From positions 136,144 through 200,143 of the forward strand of contig CAVWXX010000027.1 of assembly GCA_963759155.1 (NCBI GenBank): DNA of 64,000 nt. Reading direction: 5' to 3'. This stretch comes from an uncultured Gammaproteobacteria bacterium (GTDB lineage: Bacteria > Pseudomonadota > Gammaproteobacteria > Xanthomonadales > SZUA-36). Shown here piece after piece: positions 17,217 through 26,542 of this stretch. The notes beneath the pieces were generated by a model. The model worked only from the letters and a program-made list of their open reading frames with translations. It was not told the origin of the DNA and did no database searches. Position 1 is the first letter of the stretch. Each line of letters opens with the position of its first letter. A program made the position numbers and the translations under genes.

Positions 17217-19699
17217 TTGCCGATAGGTGAGCCGGGTGGCACCTGTGGCTTGCTACCGGGTTTAAGTTGTGAAGGGTGGTTCATCATCAGGTCAATCTTA
17301 TGACGCGCCTGTGTGTAAAACGCATACCAGTCGCTTTCCATTTTCCCCTGCTTCTGAGCTGCCAGAAATTGATCCAGGTTTTGTATGAACAGAAAAGCCT
17401 GTGCGCGCACGTGGTTTTCCGCTCCCGTATTGTTTGCCAGGCTTATCAGGCGATCAAGGTACTGGTCGGCCGTCAGACGTTGAATAACACCCGCAACTGC
17501 CGTCTGCCGCTTGCTGTACCAACTTGCCTGGCCCAATGCCTTCAGAACGGTCTCAAAGCCTGGTAATGAAGGGTCCATCGCGTGAAAGATATTCATACGT
17601 GCAGCACGTTGTGTGTTCAGTAACACATCCAGTGTCAGGCTGATGGCGCTGGCGGCCGGCGCCACCGGATCAAATACAACTCCCGTGTTGCGCTTGAAAG
17701 ATTCCCGGTCGAGCGCATAGCCGGGCGGGCGGGGTGGTATGCTGTCTAAAAGTGCCCGGGGCAGTGTCAACAGTGCAGGATCAAGTGTATGGAGCAGTGC
17801 ATCGATGGCAGCCTGCTGTTTTTGGGCATCGACCGTTATTGGTGCAGCCTGCCCATCACCACGCATGGCATAGTTGAAGTATTGACCACCAATGAGCTTC
17901 GCCACCGCCTGAACCTGGAAGCGGTGCAGCAGGTAAACGGGCACGAGTGCTTCTTCAATTTTGGCGAGCGGTTGTCCGGGTCTGATATTGCGCTCGGAGA
18001 AGTTTTTCAGGGCGTAGTCGCGTACCTTCAGCAGGTGCTCAAGTTCTTCGATGGCATCCGCGCCATTATCCCAGAGGTTGCCAAACGGGTTTGCCGTACC
18101 CGGGTCACGTGAGTCCTCGTCTGCGATATAAAGGAGGCCGGAAGCGATGGTTTCATCGAGGATAGCCTTTCTTTGTGCAGCGTCATCGAGTTCTGCCGGA
18201 AAATCCTGGTAGGCATAAAGCACTGTGCGTTTGTCCCATTCACCGATACCCACGCCATAGGCATCTGAAAGATCAAGATCTCCATCCGCGTTAAAACGTA
18301 TAAGCGGGAACGGGTAATCCATAACCGAAGAACGGTTGTCAACACTGGCAGCAAAATTGTGTTCCATACCCAGTGTATGTCCAACCTCGTGAGCAGATAG
18401 CTGCCGGATTCGTGCCAGTGACATTTCCAGCATGTCATCGGGTATCCCGTCGCCGTCATAGGGCGCCAACAAGCCTTCTGCAATGAGGTAATCCTGCCGT
18501 ACCCGCAAGGAACCCAGGCTGACGTGGCCCTTTAAAATTTCTCCCGTGCGCGGGTCCACAATAGATGACCCGTAAGACCACCCGCGTGTTGAGCGGTGAA
18601 CCCATTGAATAACGTTATAACGGACATCCATCGGGTCGGCGTCCTCAGGTAGTAATTTAACCTGGAAAGCGTTTTTATACCCTGCGGCTTCAAAGGCCTG
18701 GTTCCACCAGCTTGCGCCCTCCAGTAATGCGGACCGGATGGGTTCCGGTACACCGGGGTCAAGATAGTAGATGATTGGTTCGACCGCCTCACTGATATCT
18801 GCATGTGGGTCCACTTTCTGCAGGCGGTGACGCCTGCCGTAGAGTACCTGTATGGGGTCACCAACAGGCACGGCATAGTCGAGAAAGCCATTGCCCCAGG
18901 GAGCGCCGATGATGCCCGCTCTCGCGTCATAGGGTAGTGGTTGGTAGTCATCATCCGGCAAGCGGATGAACGAATGGTGTAGATGAACAGTCACGACGCT
19001 TACATCGGGTACAACGGTAGACAGAATGTCGCTGGCGGATTTTCCCTGGTCATTAAGTTTTTGCTGGCCTGTATAACTGACAATGGCCTCCACTTCCGTG
19101 TTGTCGGGGAAAGCCCTGGTACGTGGCAGATAAATGGCTGAGCGGCTGTCATCAACCTGGTAGCTGCCTTGCTGAGCCCGGCTGAGTCGTGTGGAAATAT
19201 CATGGGCATCACGCAAGAAAAACGAAGTGGCGTCAAGCAGTACCGAGTCACCTGTTTCAGCAACCAGTTCAAAACCCCATACAACTGAGCGACCGAATGA
19301 ACTCTCAACGGCAGCCTGTTCAGCCCTGTCATCAGAAATGGCCCTGTAATTTGTATTTTTCTCAATCAACAATACTTTTGCACCCGATCGATAAAACTCG
19401 ACAAGCCGGGTCATACCCAATTGACCGCGGTCCAAACCCAGGTCGTTTGAACCCACGCCACGCGCCATCGATGACTGGTAGATAAACTCATCACCCATAC
19501 GATCAACCTGTAGCAAAAGTTGTCCCTTCTGCTTGTCCCAGTAAAGATCCAGGAAGCCGTCCATGTGTAGCAGGTCTTTCACTTTTTCTTCAATGCTGGT
19601 GATTACGTTGTCCGCTTGATCATTCGATTCGGCAACAGCAAATTGAGAGCTTGATATAAGAGTAAGGCAGGCGATGAGCCAATACTTGAACTGATGCAT
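17213..19699 (-). CDS. secreted zinc-dependent metalloprotease (met-zincin)
   Basis: 828 aa. Signal peptide (LIACLTLISSSQFAVA) and zinc motif HEVGHTLGMEHNF. Confidence 0.8.
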   Translation of the reverse strand: MHQFKYWLIACLTLISSSQFAVAESNDQADNVITSIEEKVKDLLHMDGFLDLYWDKQKGQLLLQVDRMGDEFIYQSSMARGVGSNDLGLDRGQLGMTRLVEFYRSGAKVLLIEKNTNYRAISDDRAEQAAVESSFGRSVVWGFELVAETGDSVLLDATSFFLRDAHDISTRLSRAQQGSYQVDDSRSAIYLPRTRAFPDNTEVEAIVSYTGQQKLNDQGKSASDILSTVVPDVSVVTVHLHHSFIRLPDDDYQPLPYDARAGIIGAPWGNGFLDYAVPVGDPIQVLYGRRHRLQKVDPHADISEAVEPIIYYLDPGVPEPIRSALLEGASWWNQAFEAAGYKNAFQVKLLPEDADPMDVRYNVIQWVHRSTRGWSYGSSIVDPRTGEILKGHVSLGSLRVRQDYLIAEGLLAPYDGDGIPDDMLEMSLARIRQLSAHEVGHTLGMEHNFAASVDNRSSVMDYPFPLIRFNADGDLDLSDAYGVGIGEWDKRTVLYAYQDFPAELDDAAQRKAILDETIASGLLYIADEDSRDPGTANPFGNLWDNGADAIEELEHLLKVRDYALKNFSERNIRPGQPLAKIEEALVPVYLLHRFQVQAVAKLIGGQYFNYAMRGDGQAAPITVDAQKQQAAIDALLHTLDPALLTLPRALLDSIPPRPPGYALDRESFKRNTGVVFDPVAPAASAISLTLDVLLNTQRAARMNIFHAMDPSLPGFETVLKALGQASWYSKRQTAVAGVIQRLTADQYLDRLISLANNTGAENHVRAQAFLFIQNLDQFLAAQKQGKMESDWYAFYTQARHKIDLMMNHPSQLKPGSKPQVPPGSPIGN

Positions 19700-19930
19700 T
19701 TTAGTCCATCCACTTAGAAAGCTATTTTTGTGCGCATATACTAGCCGAACTCGACCGCCATGGTCGGAAGAATTGTTTCGACAAGGGGCTAATTGACCGG
19801 TTATGGGAAACAGCCATGTGCAGCTGGTGGGATGTCATGAATCACCCGTGTGGCCTTCCATACTCCGCCAGGGCTTGCACACCGGTTTTGTGCTGCCGGC
19901 CAGCACGATTGAGACAGAAACTCCCCTGGT

Positions 19931-20686
19931 TTACAGAAAGTTTAGCGTTTCGGAAAAGCAGCCCTGCAGTGGGATCGTGTTAAACCCCTTTACTTTAAAA
20001 TCAGTGTCGGTATTCAGTGCCAGTGCCAGGCGGTAGCGGTGAATCATTGAGATTCGTCGGAATTGCCATTTATTTGCATCGTCTCCCAGTTCAGGATGCA
20101 GTTCAAAACCATCGAGCCGACCTGCTACGAACCGGAAAGTGAACTTTGAAAGCGGAATGGCCAGACCCATGCCACGCGCTTTTATATAGGATTCCTTAAG
20201 CGTCCAGTAGTCAAAGAACCTCTGTTTTTGCTGTTCGGGTGGTAGTTGAGCCAGTTCGGCGATTTCAGGTGCTGAAAAATAGCTTGAAAGCCGATCAAAA
20301 GCGGCCCCGGTTGAACGCTGCACGTCCTCGACATCGACGCCAATATCGTGCTCCCGTGTGATTCCACACAAAACCAGGCCGTCGCAATGTGAAAGATTGA
20401 AGCGTACCGCCCATGATGTATCCGGATAGGTGATTTCTGGTTTCCCATAACCGTTTTTGCCAAACCTCCAGTCAGCGGGCTCGACGGGAAAATAGCTGGA
20501 TAGTGTGGTGCGAATCAATGCACGTGTGATGAGATACTGCTGACGGTGACGGGCGAAATACAAACGTGACATCTGTGTCCGTTCATCACCCGTTAACAGG
20601 GTTTCATAGCGGGCTAACAGTTCCGGATCAGCAATTTGTTCAGGTTGTGAGAAGTAGAGATGCACCTCGTTGCCTGGCAATTCCAT
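19931..20686 (-). CDS. 4'-phosphopantetheinyl transferase, Sfp/EntD type
   Basis: 251 aa. Motifs GKPE, FNLSHCDG, GVDVE and WTLKESYIKARG. Confidence 0.85.
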   Translation of the reverse strand: MELPGNEVHLYFSQPEQIADPELLARYETLLTGDERTQMSRLYFARHRQQYLITRALIRTTLSSYFPVEPADWRFGKNGYGKPEITYPDTSWAVRFNLSHCDGLVLCGITREHDIGVDVEDVQRSTGAAFDRLSSYFSAPEIAELAQLPPEQQKQRFFDYWTLKESYIKARGMGLAIPLSKFTFRFVAGRLDGFELHPELGDDANKWQFRRISMIHRYRLALALNTDTDFKVKGFNTIPLQGCFSETLNFL

Positions 20687-20762
20687 ATCAGTTCTGGCCC
20701 GCTGTGCGTGTTATTTGGCTGGTTGGTCTGGCAAACATGGGTTTCAAAAACTGCCGGACAGT

Positions 20763-21680
20763 TTAGCCCCAGCGACGGTGCATCCACAGCCATTGTTCGG
20801 GGTATTCGCGCACCCAGTCTTCAACCACCCGGGTAACAAGCTCGGTTGTACCTTTGATATCGATGTCACCTTTATCATCACGTGGTAAAACGAGTTCATC
20901 GGTGATCTCGAGCCGGAAGCGGCCATCGGGTAAACGCACCGTGCGGGCACCGTGGACCGGGCAGTTGTAACGCCGTGCCAGTTTGGCCAGCAGAGGGTTG
21001 GTTTTGGCCTCTTTACCAAAAAAGGGAACGTTGATGCCGCGTCGAAACTTCTGATCCACCAACAGGCCGACATGTTCACCACGTTCGAGTGCGCTCATCA
21101 ACTGGAATGAGGCCCCCGCACCGGACGCGACCAGATTTTTGCCATATTCCTTTCGTGCATCGGCGACCTGCGAGGCGGCATGTGGATTATTCGGGCGGCG
21201 GTACATGGACTGAATTTCAAGACCGAACCGGGCCGAAACCAACGGTAATAACTCAAAATTTGCAAGATGACCGGTGAACAATATCGCAGGCAGACCGTCA
21301 TCCCGCAGCTTGTGAAATTGTTCCGCATTTTCGATTTCAATACGCTCCGACTCAGGATTGTCGACATCCAGATCGAAAATTTCATCAATATATATGTATT
21401 CAAGAAGGCTTCGCGCCATTTGCGCCCAGTTGTCACTGGCAAGTTGCTGGCGTTCTTCAATGCTTTTTTCAGGAAAGGCGATCTCCAGGTTATCCATGAC
21501 CACCTTGTGACGCCATATTTTGGGGCCAAACCAACGCGCAAACCGCTCAAAAATGCCGGCTGCGTATTTGAGGGGTATCAGGCGAATCAGCCACAGCACT
21601 AACGAAATCAGCTTTGCGACAATCCAGTTACGGATTCCGATTAGAAATTGCGCGATGCGGTAACGTAAAGGCAGCTTCAT
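20763..21680 (-). CDS. lpxXL: LpxL/HtrB-family late acyltransferase, LpxXL-like
   Basis: 305 aa. N-terminal TM anchor, an HX4E/D-type motif (FTGHLANFELL), and it is the last biosynthetic gene of an acpXL-type operon. Confidence 0.7.
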   Translation of the reverse strand: MKLPLRYRIAQFLIGIRNWIVAKLISLVLWLIRLIPLKYAAGIFERFARWFGPKIWRHKVVMDNLEIAFPEKSIEERQQLASDNWAQMARSLLEYIYIDEIFDLDVDNPESERIEIENAEQFHKLRDDGLPAILFTGHLANFELLPLVSARFGLEIQSMYRRPNNPHAASQVADARKEYGKNLVASGAGASFQLMSALERGEHVGLLVDQKFRRGINVPFFGKEAKTNPLLAKLARRYNCPVHGARTVRLPDGRFRLEITDELVLPRDDKGDIDIKGTTELVTRVVEDWVREYPEQWLWMHRRWG

Positions 21681-21699
21681 CGGGTGTACTCAACGCGCC

Positions 21700-22725
21700 T
21701 TAAATGGTAACGATGATCTTGCCGAATACCTGGCGGTTCTCGAGTCGTTCCAGGCCTTTGCCGATATCTTCCATCGGTATCTCAAGGTCGACAATGGGTT
21801 TGACCGTACCTGCCGCCAATTTATCAAGTGCGTCCCTGATATTGCGCAGGTTGCAGCCAAAACTGCCGATCAGGCGTAGCTGTCGCTGGAAAAGCTGGAA
21901 CAGGTTGATTTCGGCCTTGATACCGGTGGTCGAACCACAGGTGACCAGACGTCCACCGATTTTCATCGAGAACATGCTACCTTCCCAGGTATCGACACCG
22001 ACGTGTTCGAATACCACGTCGACACCTTGCTTTTTAGTCAGTTTTCTTAACTTTCCTTCAAAACGGTCGGTCTGGTAATTGATGGCATGGTCTGCACCAA
22101 GATCAAGTGCCTGTTGTGCCTTTTCATCGTTGCCGACAGTTGTGTAAACGGTACAATCGATGGCCTTGGCCAGCTGAATGGCCGCCGTGCCGATACCACT
22201 GCCACCGGCGTGCACCAGGATGCTCTCACCGGGCTGAAGCTTGGCATTATCAAACAGCATATGTTCAACCGTACCAAAGGTAATCGGTGTACAGGCTGCG
22301 GCAACCGGGTCGAGACCCTCGGCAGCTGGTACGAACAACCGTGCCGGGAAATTCATCATTTCCTGGGCAAAACCGTCGATATGAAAACCGAATACGCCAT
22401 TGACGTTTTCGCAGAAGTTGTCACGGCCTTCGATACAGGGTTTACAGGTGCCACAGGTATTGGCGCCGTAGAGTGCACCCATCTGACCGACTTTCAAATC
22501 CTTGACGTTTTTACCAACAGCAATGATTTCGCCGGATGCTTCCGCACCTACGGTGATGGGCAGTTCGCGTTTGGCAAAAGCCATGCCGCGCCAGCCCCAG
22601 ACATCGATGTGGTTGAGTGCAACGGCACAAATACGTACCTGGATTTCATCATCACCAGGCGGTGGTGGGGCGTCGACCTCTGCAATTCTCAGGTCGCGTT
22701 CTCCGTAATTTCTAAGTGCTCTCAT
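21700..22725 (-). CDS. MDR-superfamily zinc-binding-dehydrogenase-like oxidoreductase
   Basis: 341 aa. The structural-zinc motif CGTCKPCIEGRDNFC and the GGSGIG nucleotide motif are present. The catalytic GHE motif reads GAE. Confidence 0.85.
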   Translation of the reverse strand: MRALRNYGERDLRIAEVDAPPPPGDDEIQVRICAVALNHIDVWGWRGMAFAKRELPITVGAEASGEIIAVGKNVKDLKVGQMGALYGANTCGTCKPCIEGRDNFCENVNGVFGFHIDGFAQEMMNFPARLFVPAAEGLDPVAAACTPITFGTVEHMLFDNAKLQPGESILVHAGGSGIGTAAIQLAKAIDCTVYTTVGNDEKAQQALDLGADHAINYQTDRFEGKLRKLTKKQGVDVVFEHVGVDTWEGSMFSMKIGGRLVTCGSTTGIKAEINLFQLFQRQLRLIGSFGCNLRNIRDALDKLAAGTVKPIVDLEIPMEDIGKGLERLENRQVFGKIIVTI

Positions 22726-22759
22726 GTGTCTGTCTACCGATGGGTTAATGGTTGGGTTT

Positions 22760-23527
22760 TCAGCGTTGAATTAACAGGCCGGCGGTGAGACCGCCATCTA
22801 TCGGAATAATGCTACCGGTGATGTAACCTGCAAGCGGTGAAAACAGGAAGCTGGTTAATGCACCAACCTCTTCGGGTTGCGCAAAACGACGCAAGGGTAT
22901 CTGGCTTTCCAGTTTTTCACGGTAAGACGCGTAAGGCGCCAAAAGCTCAGTATCGACGTAGCCCGGTGCAATATAATTGGCAGTAACACCCTTACGGGCC
23001 ATCTCCACAGCCAGTGTTCTGATATAGCTCAGCATCGCACCTTTGCTGGCAGAGTAAATAGCATTCCCTGATACGGCCAATTGGGAGGTTACCGAGCCCA
23101 TTGCAACAATCCGGCCGCCTTTGGCGCGCATCAATGGTCTTGCAGCGGCGCCGGCAAGCCGGGTCATTGCCCAGAAATTCAGTTGGAACAGCGCCTCTGC
23201 CTTGTCCTGGTCGGCCAATGCGGCGAGCGTGTCGTAAGAACCGCCTGCGTTGTAAACCAGGCCATAAAGTGATTCGGTTGCACCGATTGTTTTTGCAAAT
23301 TCATCCACCTGCTCCCGGTCAGACAAATCAACCTGGTAACTGGAGATAGTTTGCTCTGGATAGTCGGCCTGAAGTTCTTTACAAGCCTGTGCCGCTGCGT
23401 CGGCTGAGCCCCGATAGGAAAACGACACATCATAACCATCCGCAGCCAGCGCCTTGACGATACCGAGCCCGATACCCTTGGCGCCACCGGCAACAAAGAC
23501 TGTTTTTCCGTTTGCTGGATTAGTCAT
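22760..23527 (-). CDS. 3-oxoacyl-ACP reductase-like SDR
   Basis: GGAKGIGLG and YSASKGAM motifs. ATG at 23527 is preceded by an AGGAGA Shine-Dalgarno; the track start at 23569 is an extension. Confidence 0.85.
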   Translation of the reverse strand: MTNPANGKTVFVAGGAKGIGLGIVKALAADGYDVSFSYRGSADAAAQACKELQADYPEQTISSYQVDLSDREQVDEFAKTIGATESLYGLVYNAGGSYDTLAALADQDKAEALFQLNFWAMTRLAGAAARPLMRAKGGRIVAMGSVTSQLAVSGNAIYSASKGAMLSYIRTLAVEMARKGVTANYIAPGYVDTELLAPYASYREKLESQIPLRRFAQPEEVGALTSFLFSPLAGYITGSIIPIDGGLTAGLLIQR

Positions 23528-23538
23528 TTGGCTGTCTC

Positions 23539-24849
23539 CTATGAAGGTTCTGCCGAGAAGATCAGGCATACATTCTGGCCGCCAAAACCGAAAGAGTTGG
23601 ACATTACTGAATTAACAGTCTTGATCCTCTTCTCATTGGGAACGACATCCATCAGGATGTTCGGGTCCTGCTCATTGCAGTTGATAGTCGGAGGAATCAC
23701 GCCGTTTTGTATAGTCAACAGCGAAATGGCGGCCTCAATGGTGCCTGCTGCACTCAGTGTATGACCAATCATCGATTTATTTGAACTGATCGGTGTATTC
23801 TCAAGTTCATCGCCGAGTGCCGCCGACAGCGCCAGAAACTCCATCTTGTCATTTTCCGGCGTACTGGTGCCATGTGCATTGATACAATCAATTTCGGCCG
23901 GCGACATACCGGCGTCAGCCATTGAGCGTGTAATCGTTTCAATAACTGCAGAGCCGTCCGGTGTGGAGCGGGTGCGATGGAATGTATCAGCACGCTCTCC
24001 TGCACCACGTACGACGCCGAGAATCTTTGCTCCACGCGCTTTCGCGCCTTCATAGGATTCCAGCACGAGTGTGGCTGAGCCTTCTGCCATCACAAATCCG
24101 TCACGGGCTTTTGAAAATGGCTTGGAGGCACCTTGCGGGTCATCGTTCTGGGTAGACAGGGCAGAGAGCAGGTTGAAACGTACAACCATTTCCTCGCAAA
24201 TCCCGCCGTCGGTTCCGATGCAAAGTGCCGCATCGGTATCTCCACGGCGTATGGCTTCAACACCAAGTTGTACCGATGTCGCGCCGGAGGCACAGGCGGT
24301 TGTTAATGAAATCGGCTGACCGCGGGTACCAAACTCGTCTGCCAGGTGTTCGGCGATGCTGGCGAACTGAAAAAGCGAATAATAGCGATCGAAATTGCCT
24401 GCCCGCACATTCTTCAACAGACGCTCGTACCCGGTCGTACCGGCACCGGCCTTTTCGTTGTAGACAACCATCCGCTGGTCCCAGTTGGTTTCTGCCGGAG
24501 AGTTAGCGACAAACAGCGGGCCAGGAAATGAACCCCGTGAACCGATACCGGATTGTTCGATGGCTTCGGCTGCGGATTTTTTGGCAAGACTGATAGAGTG
24601 TACCGGGGCGCAATAACGGCTATCACCTTGCCAGTCGATCGTGCCTGCAATCTGAGTGCGAAGCCCGTCGGTTGGGAAACGACTTATCTTGCGTACACCG
24701 GAAACGCCGGCGGTCAGGTTCTCCCAGTTATCTTCCTTGCCTTCACCGACCGAAGTAACAATGCCGATTCCGGTCACAACAACAACAGGACGGCCTTTAT
24801 GATCTTTTGCAGAATGACTCATGTTATTCATCTCCCCGCAATGGCGCAT
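23539..24849 (-). CDS. beta-ketoacyl-ACP synthase (FabF-like, catalytic)
   Basis: The Cys-His-His triad is present (TTACASGATS, NAHGTSTP, IGHTLSAAG). The start may instead be one of the internal Met codons at 24831 or 24822. Confidence 0.9.
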   Translation of the reverse strand: MRHCGEMNNMSHSAKDHKGRPVVVVTGIGIVTSVGEGKEDNWENLTAGVSGVRKISRFPTDGLRTQIAGTIDWQGDSRYCAPVHSISLAKKSAAEAIEQSGIGSRGSFPGPLFVANSPAETNWDQRMVVYNEKAGAGTTGYERLLKNVRAGNFDRYYSLFQFASIAEHLADEFGTRGQPISLTTACASGATSVQLGVEAIRRGDTDAALCIGTDGGICEEMVVRFNLLSALSTQNDDPQGASKPFSKARDGFVMAEGSATLVLESYEGAKARGAKILGVVRGAGERADTFHRTRSTPDGSAVIETITRSMADAGMSPAEIDCINAHGTSTPENDKMEFLALSAALGDELENTPISSNKSMIGHTLSAAGTIEAAISLLTIQNGVIPPTINCNEQDPNILMDVVPNEKRIKTVNSVMSNSFGFGGQNVCLIFSAEPS

Positions 24850-26062
24850 CGGGTTTATCTACGAGTGCCAGGCTTTCACCCCGCCAATGTCCCCAGTTAC
24901 TTATCAGGACGCTTTCCGGTTGACCGGAAAACACTTTCTCAGCACCGGACTCATCAAACGGATCAAAGAAGGAGCCTTTCGAGATCGCCAGTGATGCCAG
25001 GATGACACTGAGGGGAAGCTGTGCTTCGAGGGTATTACCAAACAGGGTTGAGACACCGCGAATCGCGGGATCGATGCCATGGTCAGACAATCCCTTCAAA
25101 AAGTCATGTTCTTCATTAAGTTGAGGTTGTACACCACAACAACCCGATAATACGGGTAATGGCCCCTTTGGAACCTGGTCGCTGACTTGTTCAAACAGAC
25201 TGTCGGCCACTTGGCGGGCAGCACCGGCTTGCCTGTTACAGCGGTCCGATACGACCTTATTGATACGCGCATATGGCTTGGCACCACGGGCTTCGGCGTG
25301 TTGACGTGACTCAAGGATCAGGAAAGCACCTGCGCTGCCCATCACCATGCCACCGTCGGTATCCTCGCGTGACCAGACTGAACCAGGCTCGCCTTGCCAA
25401 AGCGTGTGATCAAATTCCATCAGCATCATCATGTCTGCGCGTTCGGCGATGTAAGCGCCACCGACAAGAAAAACTTCCCCCTGGCCATGTTGAATTTGTG
25501 CAACAGCCGTTTCAACGGCAGATACACCGGCAGATTCCTCGCCCATAAAAGTTCGTGATGAATCCGTGACGCCGTGAACAATGGATATATTGCCGGCCAT
25601 CAGGTTTGAAAGCTGTGCCAGGAACAGGGTAGGGCGTAACTCAGTATTCAGTGCCGCATTTAGAACCGGCCCGGGATTGTCAACACCATTGATTTTTTCC
25701 ATGATCGTGGTATCAACATCAAGATCACGTTCACCACCACCGGCCGCGATTATCATGTTGGTTGCCGCAAGAAGTTCGGGATTATGCGAAATGCCGGCAT
25801 CATCCAATGCCAGGCCGGCCGTATAAACACCAAGGTGTTGCCATGGGCCCATCTGGCGTTGGTCACTTCTCTTCGGAATTTGAGCGCCCACGTCAATATC
25901 CACAATCTTGTGAACCGGGTAAGGTGCCTGGTCTTCCATGTCTACAGGTGGTACGGGTACCTTGCCTGTGGTCATCTGCTCCCAGTGCGTATCAAGACCT
26001 TCGCCCAAAGAGCTTACAAGTCCGATCCCAGTGACCCAGACTTCTTTTTTTTCAATACTCAT
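24824..26062 (-). CDS. beta-ketoacyl synthase-like protein lacking the catalytic triad (CLF-like partner)
   Basis: KS fold (VWVTGIGLVSSLGEG). By hand alignment to the neighbouring KS, the active-site Cys position is Glu (MGEESAG) and both His positions are lost (GCCGVQ, FGNTLEA). Confidence 0.85.
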   Translation of the reverse strand: MSIEKKEVWVTGIGLVSSLGEGLDTHWEQMTTGKVPVPPVDMEDQAPYPVHKIVDIDVGAQIPKRSDQRQMGPWQHLGVYTAGLALDDAGISHNPELLAATNMIIAAGGGERDLDVDTTIMEKINGVDNPGPVLNAALNTELRPTLFLAQLSNLMAGNISIVHGVTDSSRTFMGEESAGVSAVETAVAQIQHGQGEVFLVGGAYIAERADMMMLMEFDHTLWQGEPGSVWSREDTDGGMVMGSAGAFLILESRQHAEARGAKPYARINKVVSDRCNRQAGAARQVADSLFEQVSDQVPKGPLPVLSGCCGVQPQLNEEHDFLKGLSDHGIDPAIRGVSTLFGNTLEAQLPLSVILASLAISKGSFFDPFDESGAEKVFSGQPESVLISNWGHWRGESLALVDKPDAPLRGDE

Positions 26063-26066
26063 TTTG

Positions 26067-26528
26067 TCACCCGGTTGATGATTGGCTGATTTGACTATAC
26101 CGATCAAGCATATTGTTTTTCAGGGTATCGTTTGGAAATGGCATGATCCGGAACATTAACTTGCTGTCACAGATCTTTTTGCCGTCACGCGAGATGCTTG
26201 CTTTGGTTGCTGCAAACCCGGAGCCGTCGTGTTCCAGTTTCGCCTCGACGCGAAGAACCTGTCCAGGTTCAACAAACGTACGCATTTTGGCACTGGTGAC
26301 ATTCGCCAGGAATGGCATCTTTTCGAATTTCATGCGGGATAGCAGCATAAAGCCGGACGCCTGCGCCATGGTTTCGATCAGGAGCACACCCGGGACCAGA
26401 GGCGACCCGGGGAAGTGTCCCTCGAAAACAGTGCTTTTCATCGGCACATCTGCACGTGCGATGATGCTGCCGTTATCGGGATCGAGATCCTCGACAGCAT
26501 CGATCATCTGAAAGTATTCGAGTAGCAT
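26067..26528 (-). CDS. 3-hydroxyacyl-ACP dehydratase, FabZ-like
   Basis: 153 aa with the hotdog motif FEGHFPGSPLVPGVLLIETMAQ. Confidence 0.85.
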   Translation of the reverse strand: MLLEYFQMIDAVEDLDPDNGSIIARADVPMKSTVFEGHFPGSPLVPGVLLIETMAQASGFMLLSRMKFEKMPFLANVTSAKMRTFVEPGQVLRVEAKLEHDGSGFAATKASISRDGKKICDSKLMFRIMPFPNDTLKNNMLDRYSQISQSSTG

Positions 26529-26542
26529 AAAGCGTCGCTAAA

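Noticed and set aside
22087-22788. 233-aa plus-strand ORF
   Set aside because: It is antisense to the MDR dehydrogenase gene, which has clear family motifs. I see no motifs of its own, so it is a typical shadow frame.
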